DNA from: Octopus vulgaris | Lineage: Eukaryota | Assembly (NCBI GenBank): GCA_951406725.2 | Contig: OX597835.1 | Span: forward strand, 27,714,001 to 27,778,000 | Reading direction: 5' to 3' | DNA: 64,000 bases | In this document: positions 41,560 through 54,530 of the stretch, one piece after another | Position numbering within the stretch: the stretch's first letter is position 1 | Layout: the number at the start of each line of letters is the position of its first letter | The notes under the pieces: model-generated | What the model was told of the DNA's origin: nothing | Databases searched by the model: none | The model's input: only the letters and a program-made list of their open reading frames with translations | Translations under genes and position numbers: made by a program

Positions 41560-43567
41560 TATATATACACACACACACACACACACTGAAATTAACTGAT
41601 AATGGCTTTTCCCTTTGATTAGCCTTTAAGTGTAGCAACAGGAAAAGCAACTGGAGTTTGCAAATATGTTTACGATGATGATGCTATCATTCAACAGCAC
41701 TTCACTTACGGCTCCTCTGCAGACACAGAGTTGCATCATAGCTTAACCTATTACATATTTACATATTTATCAGTTGCTTTCAACTGGTTGAAATCAATGA
41801 GAGCTTCTTATTGAATGCTCTTTGGAGAATATTGTTGGTTATACAACGTTATTACAGGCAATAACCCTCAACACTCTTACTATTTTGTACTAATTATACG
41901 AAGCAAAAAAAAAAACAGAGGAAATATTTCATATTTTATTACAAGATTTTATACTTTAAATGTATTGAAATATATCACATGATATACATAAAAAAAGTAA
42001 TAAAACATAATTTGCTTGCATTGCAGTTTTTTTTTATCTGTTCATTCATTCATTTTCTTCATATAATCTATAGTTGTTCCAATTGACTATTTTACTTGAT
42101 ATAAAAACGATATACGGAGAAAAGCCAAGTCACATTGAAATTGTTTTGGTTTTCTTCAAAAAAAGAAATAAAAACAACCAAAACAAGGACAAAATAAAAA
42201 TGCTTTCTTTTACATTTCAATAGAGAATTTGATGTAAAACACACACAAAGAATGAAAGAAAGAAAAATCATTCCTGCAGGCCTTAAGATATTTAAATTTT
42301 GTTTTCTTAAGAATCTGTAGTATTTGCATAACTTTGCTAAATCTCATTTTCCAAATATACTTTATAAATCATAGCTAGTGTTTTCTTAAGATTATCCTGT
42401 TTAATATCAGACAAAAAAGACAAAAAAAAGGAAAAAAAAGAAAGAAATATTATTTTGGAAGTTGTTAATAATATAAAGAGATTTTTAAAGGGTGACATTT
42501 TTAACATTTTTTCCATAATTTTATATACATAGTATTTGTCACAAGAAGTGTTTCAAAAGGTATGTTTTAATAATATGAAAACCAATTTCACTGGTTTGAA
42601 AATATCAGTAATTTGTAAATAACATCAGAAATTAAAGCCACATTATTATGCAACAGCCAATTTTTCAACGTTGCTGCCAAGTTATTGACAAAAATACATG
42701 TTGCTCACTAAACAGATTGTTTTTCAATCAATATATCATAAAAATTGATCAGAATTGATATAGCCATTAAACAAGTGTACTTGTTTATTACTCAAGCAAT
42801 ATTATTTTATGCTAATATTGCTTTAATAGTGCTTATAGCTTTTGAAACACGATACCATTGTCAAACATATCAACAAACCCACTGCAAAGATAAAGCCATG
42901 CTACAAATTATTAACCAACCATTACTCCAACTATAAACAAAGCACAATAATAGCATATGATAATTAATACATATTCCTTCATAGGATCAGCTCAGTTTTC
43001 TTCTAACGAACACTAAATTGTTCTAAAACAATTCTAATTTCTGGACAATATACAACTCTAATGGCTAAGGTGAATTGAGAAAAGGAGAAAAGAGGTTTCA
43101 GTTTTTTGTTTCTTTTTTAATGTTTTTTTTTTAATTGCATTTTTTTTTTAATGATAATGTACTAAAGATTTTAAATGCATGATTAAGATCAACAAAATCT
43201 TCAAATTTAACAAAACCCAGCAATGGAACTCTCAGATTTTGTTTTTGAAAGCTTAACAAAAAAATTTCATTCTGGTATGATATGAATATGTGTGTATATA
43301 TCTATATATATATATATATATATATACAGACACATGTATAGATACATATACATACATATATATATATATGTATATACATATACTCACACACACACACATA
43401 TGTATAGATACATATACATACATATATATATATATGTATATACATATACTCACACACACACACATATGTATAGATACATATACATACATATATATATATA
43501 AATATATACATATACATACATATATATAAATATATGCATATACATACATATATATAAATATATGCAT

Positions 43568-43606
<39 letters not shown>

Positions 43607-43811
43607 TATACATAAACATACATATATATATATAGATATATACATAAACATACATATATATGGCGTTAGGAAGGGCATCCAGCTGTAGAAACTTTGCCAG
43701 ATAAGACCGGAGCCTGGTGCTGCCTTCTGGCTTCCCAGATCCCCGGTCGAACCGTCCAACCCATGCTAGCATGGAGAACGGACGTTAAACGATGATGATG
43801 ATGATGATGAT

Positions 43812-43853
<42 letters not shown>

Positions 43854-43861
43854 ATATATAT

Positions 43862-43897
<36 letters not shown>

Positions 43898-44838
43898 GCA
43901 TATATGTATAGGTATATGTACTTATACAGATAAATACATAGACAACAAAAATATGCGTTTTTCTGCTTAGTTGTAACACATCAACATTGCATCATGTCTT
44001 TGTACTGACACATCTGTAATATATATGTCACAGTTATTTTCGATCATGACAGCAGAAAAATGAAATGGAAAAGAAAATAATTGCAAATGGATTGTCATCC
44101 GAAACTGAATACACAAAAGAGAATAAAAATCACTTGTGTCAATTTCAAACAATTAAATAGTCGTTTGTTCGCGTTATTAAAGTTACATGCTTCTGCAACG
44201 GTAACATTTCCAAATCACATCACAACAAATTGCCCTTCCATGAAGTCAATTGTAAAAGAAGAACATTATTTGCCAGATTGATGAGGGCAGGTGATTATAC
44301 ACTGTCTATGGAGAAATTTAAACTTCTTGTTGATAGTTTAAAAAAATGTACACTCCATGGCCTGGCACTTGACCGGTTACTTGACAAGCGTTCCAGTTGG
44401 TGCGATCAACGGAATGACCTGCTCGTGAAATTAACTTGCGAGTGGCCGAGCGCTGCCATATAAACATGCAAATGGCCAAGCAGTGCCATATAAGGCAACA
44501 AGGCAACATGTTTAATTAAAATATGTTACTGGTAACGTTAATAGAAATGATCCTATTGATTTCTCTGTTTCTCAATTGTTCTGCTTACATAAGTAAACTG
44601 ACTACTTTGTACATCTAAAAAGCAAATTTCAATTCTTGTTCTACAAACAATTTAAAAGCTGATACTATCAAAGGCTACCATTTTTTTTTCTTTTATTATT
44701 TTTTTTTTTTATAATATCAACCAGACGTTTCAACAAGTTAGCCCAAGCTATCCATTGATTGGTACCGAGTCCCATACCAATGTGCAAGTACATCATAAAA
44801 TACAACAAGATATTTATAAAGAACAAAATAATAAATAC

Positions 44839-44853
44839 CTTCCCAATTTCTGG
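44839..44853 (-). CDS. 15-nt micro-exon CCAGAAATTGGGAAG, (A)RNWE
   Basis: ttgttttctttttccctag| acceptor and GAAG|gtattt donor. Differs from 34810-34824 only at two synonymous third positions. Confidence 0.75.
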
Positions 44854-45761
44854 CTAGGGAAAAAGAAAACAAATTTTGGTAATATTGGCTATTTTTCAAA
44901 TTTAATCAATAATCTTTTCTATTTATTTTATTTCATTCTTTTTCAAATCTTTTTTAATGAGTAAAAGCTTTGACATTGCAGAAATATTTTCAAACTCTTT
45001 AAAGAAATCCCATGATAACAGTTTAAAAAATTAAGTAAATAAAAATAACCATGAAATTATATACACATACATATATACATTATACATACATAGATATATA
45101 TTGACATAAAAATGATAAGATTGGATGGAAGTTTTTTTTACAAAAATGCATATAAATGAAAAAATCTAAAACAAAATCTGCAACACAGAATGAAAATACA
45201 CACAAAGCAAAAGCAAAAAATAAATAAAATTAAAAAATTAAAGAAGGATATTTAAGATAATTCAATTTAATCTCGAAACATTTTTCTTAATTTTAAGTGA
45301 ACTTGGTGGAAAATTTGTCATTATACCGAAGAGAGTGATGACAAAAGAGAAATTAGACAATACAAGAATAATCTACAAATTGCATTGTTTAAACTTAAGT
45401 AAAAAAAAGATTCTCTGTAAAAGTTAATTTATAACCAGCTATTTCTAAAATTCTAAACTCAAACCATATTTTGAATTTATAACAAGTCTAAGTGTGTGTG
45501 TGTATGTAAAGATATATATATAATCCTAACCTAATCCCTTGGTCTTTTTTTGTTTCACCACCCATTTTCATGGCAGATGCTGACTGGTTGTGTTAATCCA
45601 CCTCTGACAAGAGAGAGCAGTCGCCATATTCCCTTCTATATTGGCTAACTCTGATGAGTGTAAAGTTATATAATTGGATTGTTACCCAACACTCCATTGT
45701 ATTCCTTGTGCAAAACCAATTGGTAAGACCAGCCATGAAGGATATATAATACTATATTTGG

Positions 45762-45801
<40 letters not shown>

Positions 45802-46614
45802 TAGGTACAAGCATAGCCATATGGTTAAGAAGTGTGTGTGCAACTCTGTGTTTCTGGGTTCAATCCCATTGTATGGCAACCTGGACAGGTATTTTCTAAT
45901 GTACTTCACACAGGCTTCTATAATAAAAATAGAATCTAATAGAGGGATACATGGAAACTCTGCAGAAGCTAGCTAGCTAGCCACGTATGTAAAGAATAAA
46001 GATCCACTTCAGTCATGAATGGCCATGGGATTGCACCTAGAAAGTTACCCTCCAAGGCACAAGTCCAGGCAAGGTTGTCCATGCATAGCAGCCTCACCTC
46101 TCCATGCCACTGATGTTATCGAAGGGAAAGGCAATGGCCAATACAGCTTGGCACCAGTGACGTCGCAACTCATTTCTACAGCTGAGTGAACTGGAGCAAC
46201 ATGAAATAGAGTGTCTTGCTCAAGAACACAATACACAACCTGGTCCAAGAATTGAACTCACTACCTTATGATTGTGAGCCCGATGCTCTAACCACCTTCA
46301 CAACCACATTTGTTTAACTCCCAGATGAACCATGACTGAGAAGTTCTATGATCACTAACATGCCAACCATGACCATCCCATCGTTTTCTCAGATATAGCA
46401 TAAATACGACTACATTATTCATTGCATTCTTTCTTTCATTTTAAACATGCGAGGATATGACCTGAGGGTGGGAGATTTGGGCTGCTATTTCTAGCAACTC
46501 GTTAATGCAATTGTCTATTTTGATAGTTCAACCTACAATTACAAAACAGCCTCCACCAGAAATCATGGTGACATATTACATCTCTCTTGTTAGTTCATTA
46601 ATTCTAGTATACAT

Positions 46615-47026
46615 GTGTGTGTGTGTGTGATTGTGTATATATAAATATATGCATATGTATATGCCTATAAAAATATATGTATGTATGTCTATATAAATAT
46701 GTAAATGTATATCTATATATATGTGTGTGTGATTGTATATATATAAATATATGCATATGTATATGTCTATATAAATATATGTATGTATGTCTATATAAAT
46801 ATGTAAATGTATATCTATATATATGTGTGTGTGATTGTATATATATAAATATATGCATATGTATATGTCTATATAAATATATGTATGTATGTCTATATAA
46901 ATATATAAATGTATATCTATATATATGTGTGTGTGTGTGAGAGATTGTGTATATATAAATATATGCATATGTATATGTCTATATAAATATATGTATGTAT
47001 GTATGTCTATATAATATATAAATGTA

Positions 47027-47035
<9 letters not shown>
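46615..47035. repeat. ~102-bp tandem repeat x4 built from microsatellite sequence
   Basis: GATTGT landmark at 46629, 46731, 46833 and 46943. Confidence 0.85.
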
Positions 47036-47067
<32 letters not shown>

Positions 47068-47138
47068 TTATATAGGTGTATATAATGTACACAAGTGTAC
47101 ACACACACACACACACACATATATACAAATACACACAT

Positions 47139-47171
<33 letters not shown>

Positions 47172-47921
47172 CATATACACACACACATATATACAGAGAG
47201 AGAGAGAGAATTTGGTAAATCCTTCGATGAACAAAACAAAAAAAAATGAGAAAAATGACCTCATCATATTCAGAGATAAAGTTACATCAATGAAATCTAG
47301 TCGTACGATAGCATGAATTTTGATTGATAGCGATAGAATAGCTTGCAATGTTGACGGATCTTTTTTTGCCTTAAAGCGTCGTGGGTGGTGGGTGAAAGGG
47401 GGGGATGGAGTGGGGGTGGGGGCGAGATTCCACTGCTTCCACAGCACGACTAGAGTGCACATAACCCATATTCGAAAGATACTGGCACTGAACTCAAAAA
47501 CAGATAACGCTGCTGTCAGTTAGTCGATGACGAGTGGTCACAATTCAACTTTAGGTTTCAAACTTTGCATTCGTTCAATTTCTTCCTAAGTGCTTAATCC
47601 AATTTTCCAATGAAAATATCTGGCAGTTACTGCCAAGGATAAGAATGGTTGAAGCTCTACGTAGTGCAAGAACTATCAGGTTCACAAATGCCAAAGAGGA
47701 AGCGTCAACATGATTGCTCGATTGGTATGATTTATGATAGTCATGGGCATTGATTGCCAGTTTAATGAATCGTGGTTGATTTGGGATTAAACATAAAAGA
47801 AGAAAACCAAGCTACCTAGAGGAGAGTATTGTAGCCAAGTAGGATTTGAACCACTAACCTCAATATATGGAGCTAAATAGCATAAGGTGTAACTTTTGTA
47901 TAACACTTATATTTAATGACA

Positions 47922-48146
47922 GAGCTGGCAGAAACGTTAGCGCACCGGGCGAAATACTTAGTGGTATTTCATCTGCCGCTACGTTCTAAGTTCAAATTCC
48001 GCTGAGGTCGACTTTGCCTTTCATCCTTTCAGGGTCGATTAAATAAGTACCAGTTACACACTGGGGTCGATGTAATCGACTTAATCCCTTTGTCTGTCCT
48101 TGTTTGTCCCTTCTATGTTTAGCCCCTTGTGGGTAATAAAAAAATA
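47922..48146 (+). mobile_element. family A SINE with 14-bp TSD
   Basis: TATATTTAATGACA at 47908-47921 and 48147-48160. Confidence 0.85.
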
Positions 48147-48881
48147 TATATTTAATGACAATGAAGATTTGGTTGCTAGAAACAGCAGCCTAATTTCTCT
48201 CAAATCTCACTCAGAGACAGCTTGAAATAAAGGCAGGATGGTCACAGCAGAATGCATTCGATCATAGATCTGCATGACTAAAAGAAATCAACCAACCAAC
48301 CAACCAACCAACATTTATATCAGTTATTACTATATAGAGATGGTAAATGTCTGTCCTTTCCAACAATGTGACAGAAAGAGAAGCCAATTTAACCAATTTC
48401 CAGCCACTTTGGGTGATCATTACACCACCAACCAAGAGGCCTTCTTTTGCCCTGAGTTCATTTGGGTTAGTGCAGGAATTCTCAACCATTTTTTTTTATC
48501 TACGGACCCCTTTTGATTCCTATTTTATTCTGGTGGACTCCCATAGCATTTCGATGTTTAAAAACTAGTTTTACAGAAACTTCTTTCAAAATTTTTATTT
48601 TGCTGTTCTCACATTAACTTGTGTAGGTTGAACCATGTAAAATGTTAAGGGACGAAACCAAGCCGTTTCTTGCAATACACAGCAATAGATACACCTACAG
48701 CAAAATTTCTTCAAGGGCCCTTGAAATACTGTTGTGGATCCCAAATTTACTATTTTGTTATGTGGGCCCCTGTCTATCTTATATGGACCTTGGGTGTGAA
48801 CTGCTGGGTTAGAGGGAAAATAAGGCAAGTAAGTCTGAGAGTGAGAGAGAGAGAAAGAGAGAGAGAACTGGGTACAAAACT

Positions 48882-48917
<36 letters not shown>

Positions 48918-48920
<3 letters not shown>

Positions 48921-49320
48921 TATATTTGACTTTTGCTTTATATTTGTACAAGTTGGCTCCAAGTCTCACCCAGAGACCTCAAGAGACAACAGATTGGAAG
49001 TTCATGTTGTTGTTATGCCTAGTGTGCCATATATTTGGTTGTTTGTTTTTGGATGTCTAAAAAAAAAAAATTATGTTTGTTTTAAACCTTAAGATCACAA
49101 AGAAAGTATTTTGCGTAGGATATGAGCAGTTCCCATAAGCACTATCTTTTGAATTTCTGCCATTTTGGGGTTTCCTGGTATCTGAGTTAGGTAGCAATCA
49201 GCCCCTTTTGCTATCATTCCCAGGGCACCTATGACAACAGGTATTGTTTTAGTCTTCAGGTTCCACATTTTGCTGATTTCTATTTCAAGATCTTTCAAGA
49301 TCTTTCAATATTTTTCTATC
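48918..49320 (-). mobile_element. 3' end of R4/Dong-like non-LTR element (restriction-like endonuclease C-terminus)
   Basis: KDLEIEISKMWNLKTKTIPVVIGALGMI...IQKIVLMGTAHILRKILSL* plus 3' UTR, between (TAA)n tracts. Confidence 0.75.
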
Positions 49321-49330
49321 ATTATTATTA

Positions 49331-49361
<31 letters not shown>

Positions 49362-49837
49362 CATCACTGTTATCATTTTAACGAGGTTGCACCTCCTTGC
49401 ACCTTGGAGAAGAACATTCCCAGTGCTGAAATCCATGACCAGCTATGACAGATGGAGACCTTGAATCCTTAAATTTAGCATGTACAGGACACAACAAAGT
49501 TTCGCTGAGGAGCTCTAATAAGACTGAAACATGCCTGGATCTACCACCAAGCTTGCCAAAAGGTCTAATTAAATCAATATTAATCATCATCATCACCTTA
49601 ACATCTACATTTCCATGCTTACACAAGTTGGATGAAGTTTATTGAGGCAGATTTTCTATGGCTGGATGCTCTTCCATCACTAGTTCACACTTGAAAACAG
49701 GTGAGGGTTTATGAGGTAATATTTCCTCAAGGTAAGACATTTTCTTGCAGGACATTGGAGAGGCATAACACTGATTCTATGACATTGACAATCATTTACA
49801 ACTACCACACAATGTCAAGACAAGGAGACACAAACAT

Positions 49838-49879
<42 letters not shown>

Positions 49880-50054
49880 CATCATCTTCAATGTTTAATA
49901 TCCACCTTCCATGCTGGCATGGGTTGGATGGTTTGACAGGAGCTGGCCAGGCAGAAGCCTGCACCAGACTTCTGTGTCTGTTTTGGCAAGATTTTTACAG
50001 CTGGATGCCCTTAACATCAACCACCTAGATGGATAGATGGATGGATAGGTAGGT

Positions 50055-50088
<34 letters not shown>

Positions 50089-50381
50089 GGACAAATGGAG
50101 AGGGAGTGAGAAAGGAAAGAAATAAGCTTCTTTCAGCTTCCATCTATGAAATCTCACCAGGCTTTTGGTTGGTCTGGGTCTATAGTAACAGACACTTGCT
50201 CAAGGTGCCACACAGTAGGACTGAACCCAGAACCATGTGGTTGGGAAGCAAACTTCTCAACCATGCCTGCACTCATAGAACTAATACTCCAAGAGTTAGC
50301 ATTTCCGTCTTCTTACAGCATGCATCATTCAAATTTAAATCACTTAAAATTTCAAATTTTAACCAGGTTTAATTTAATTAT

Positions 50382-50757
50382 CGTGTGGAAGCACTCCGTC
50401 GGTTATGACGACGAGGGTTCCGATTGATCCGATCAACGGAACAGCCTGCTCGTGAAATTAACGTGTAAGTGGCTGAGCACTCCACAGACACATGTACCCT
50501 TAACGTAGTTCTCGGGGATATTCAGCGTGACACAGAGAGTGACAAGGCCGGCCCTTTGAAATACAGGTACAACAGAAATAGGAAGTAAGAGTGAGAGAAA
50601 GTTGTGGTGAAAGAGTACAGCAGGGAACACCACCATCCCTGCTGGAGCCTCGTGGAGCTTTAGGTGCTTTCGCTCAATAAACACTCACAACGCCCGGTCT
50701 GGGAATCGAAACCACGATCCTACGACCGCGAGTCCGCTGCCCTAACCACTGGGCCAT
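50382..50757 (-). mobile_element. near full-length family C tRNA-derived SINE
   Basis: Minus strand TGGCCCAGTGGTTAGGGCAGCGGACTCGCGGTCG...GGTTTCGATTCCC. CpG-rich, so probably young. Confidence 0.75.
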
Positions 50758-51037
50758 CCACGATTCCTCTCTTCTCATAACAAGGGTAATGTTGTATCAT
50801 AGAAAAATGTCCTCTTTTTGTTTCACTGCATCAAATATGCTGGCGTTCATTGCAATTATTTCGCAATGGTTTAATTTCAAAGATAGACACTTTTCAAATG
50901 TACAAAGTACTTTGCACTAATTTACGTAAGAGTCGGATCTCTTCTGACTAAAAAGCAGAACAATCCAGAAAAAGTATTATCAGTGCAATATAGAAAAAAC
51001 ACTACAGAAGAGAAAGAGAAAAAACAATTACAGGGTA

Positions 51038-51096
<59 letters not shown>

Positions 51097-51263
51097 AAGA
51101 AAGAAAAGGAAAAAAATTTCAAATTTACTTGAGTGATTTGGATTGTTAGGAACGAAATGCATTAAATAGTTGATAGCATTGGAAAAGACCAGGGATGTGC
51201 AGTGCAAGCTGCAGGAAGATGAGAATGAGAACTAGGTGAAATACTTGCTGAACACTTGTCATG

Positions 51264-51308
<45 letters not shown>

Positions 51309-51473
51309 AAAGAGACGGGTAGAGGAAGAAAGAAAGAAATATAGGTCAAGAAAAGTATAAGATGAAGATTCATCAGACTACAATGAGTATATAACTAATG
51401 GGGTCCAAGCAAAAAATAGAAAAGCGGAAAGTGGCTACTCAAATATATGTATGTAATTATACATATATCTATG

Positions 51474-51539
<66 letters not shown>

Positions 51540-51930
51540 CACACATACATACATTCATATATATATTTATATATACACATACATATGTGTGTGTATAAAT
51601 ATATATATATATATACATACATACATACATTCATATATATATTTATATATACACATATATATACATACATACATTCATATATATATTTATACATACACAT
51701 ATATATACATACATACATTCATATATATATTTATATATACATATATATATAAATATATATATACATACACATATATATATGTACTTATGTATATATACAT
51801 GTATATATATAAACATGTATATATATATATATATAAACATATATATATAAATATATATCTATACATATATGTATACACACACATACACATATATATATGC
51901 ATACACATACATATATGTTTGTGACTGTAC

Positions 51931-51965
<35 letters not shown>

Positions 51966-52280
51966 TGCACAAACACACTCACACTTCATTCTACCCACCA
52001 CCACCACCACTGCCGCTGCCACCACCATCAACCGTCTCCGAGAAAGCAAAAATATAAAACGAGACTATCATGCTGGTCTATCAAACTGGAATACTGCAGG
52101 GTAAAAGTGTATGAAGTGTTGTTGCAACTGCCGCTAACAACGGTGAAAAAGGTCAATAAAAGATAGTATTTCCGCCAAATGAAACTGTAGTACGAAATGA
52201 ATGAATGAAAAGACAACAGCAACAACAACAACAAAAATCGAAGAACATAATTCCAACAATGCAAATATCATACATACATG

Positions 52281-52312
<32 letters not shown>

Positions 52313-52557
52313 TGCACTTCTAAATAACAGGAGATATAAATAATTTATAAAAGCAACAGTGGTGTGGAAAATTTTTACAAGAAATGCTTAGTTTTTCCTT
52401 TTTCTACATTTAATCAATCAATATTTGGTAAATTGGAAAGATAAAATAAAATAAAATAAAACAGAATAAAATAAAATATTGGTAATTCATCTCTACTCAT
52501 CTATATACATATCTATTCTAGTGTGAATTTACAACCGTGTTCCTGATTATTATATGT

Positions 52558-52605
<48 letters not shown>

Positions 52606-53200
52606 CATTCAGTAAGTAGGGAAAACTAAATGAGAACAAATTTATCTCTAATATACACATGGAGCAAAAATGAAGAATTTCTGCCTGAATCTTCGACTTG
52701 AAGAATTACCATTTCAATACACTGATTAGTGTCAGATGTAGGTGAACAGAACCCCTAGATTATTCCACTTGAGAGGTCCTTTCCTTTCAGGATGGAGCCC
52801 AAGCTGGACAATATGATTATGTGACATAAATCATATGCTTTAGTCTGGGGGCCCTTTAGATTTTGGGACCATAGTTTCAGTATGCTAAGCCTATAGTTAC
52901 TGCCAAGCTATAGTTACTGCTAAGCTATAGGCACTTAAGACTATAGGCATTGGCAGCGGTATATTTAAACTAGTGTCCTCATCCTGATTGTTATAGTTCC
53001 ATTTCTTTCAGACAATAGGAGGAAAAGAATCTACCAAAACCTGGAGATTTAATAAAGGATTCTGGTTTCAGATTCCATGAAGAATATTGAATATAATAGA
53101 AGGCACCAGAAGAAAATTGGAATACAGAAATGCAATGACTGAAATGTGACCAATAGACCAAGATGAGACTCTAGATGAATAATAATAAAACTACTGAATG

Positions 53201-53285
<85 letters not shown>

Positions 53286-53556
53286 TAATAATGGTTTCAT
53301 TTATTTGTCACAAGCGCGAAGGATGAAGGGGATAATACAAAGACAGACATAAAGTGTAGAGGTTTACATGTAATGAAATAATAAATGAAAAGTGAAAGAA
53401 AGAAAGTATACACAGTATACACTGAAAAAGAAGGGACATGGTTGTGATGCATGTGCTTGGTGCACCCTTATCAGATGGGCAGTCATGATGGGTATATTGG
53501 TCTTCGTATAATTGTACACCAGTGTCACTTTGATGGCATGTACTGCTCTCTATTTC

Positions 53557-53600
<44 letters not shown>

Positions 53601-54120
53601 TGATGATGATTTCAAATTTTGGAACAAGGCCAGCAGTTTTGGGGAAGAGGTTAAGTCAACTACATCAACCATGGTGTTCAACTGGTGCTTATTTTATCAA
53701 CTCTGGAAGGATAAAAAGCAAAGTTGGCCTTGGCATAATAATAACAATAATAATAAATGCTCTGATGCAGTACCAGGCAATGGTTCTCATGGCTTCTGAT
53801 CTTAATTGATTGCAAGTGTTATCATGTACATTGATTTGTCTTGGTGTAAAAGATGGGCTACAGCAAATGTTCTGCTCAATACCACAGATTTGCTTGTCAG
53901 TTGCTTGACCTTAATCAATTGAGCAAGAAAATTCTAACAAGGCCCTGCCTGTAAGGTCATGTGCTGTATATCTTGATATGAGATCAGCATATCACACATA
54001 TATGGTTGTGATGCATGTGCCTAGTGTTCCCTTATCTGACGGGTAGTCATGATGGGTATACTGGGCTTCGTATATTTTTATCCCAGTGTCACTTTGATGG
54101 CAAGCACTACTCTCTCACTC

Positions 54121-54167
<47 letters not shown>

Positions 54168-54518
54168 TAATAATAATATTAAAAATAATAATAATAATAA
54201 AGGATTTCCATATACCAATTTTATACTATAGAATTTCTGTATGCAATAGAGGGAATAGACTACCAAAATAAGTTGAAAATGTAGCAACAAAAAAAGACTA
54301 ACAAACAATAACACTTTCTAAAGCTAAATATACTGTAACATGGAAATTTAAAAGAAATTCTGTTTTTTTAAAAAATAAAGCAATGCAAGGCAATAGAGGC
54401 AAAGCAGATACTGAGTATGTGAGCAGAGAAGAGAAAGAAAAAAAAAAACAGAAAGAAGGAAGACAACAAGATTAAGCTTGGATTTATGAAGAATATAAAT
54501 ATATAAATTTATAAATAC

Positions 54519-54530
54519 CTTCCCAATCAG
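54519..54530 (-). CDS. 12-nt micro-exon CTGATTGGGAAG, (A)DWE
   Basis: Long polypyrimidine tract whose first downstream AG is tcgaaag|. Donor GAAG|gtatttata is shared with the ARNWE exons. Confidence 0.7.
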
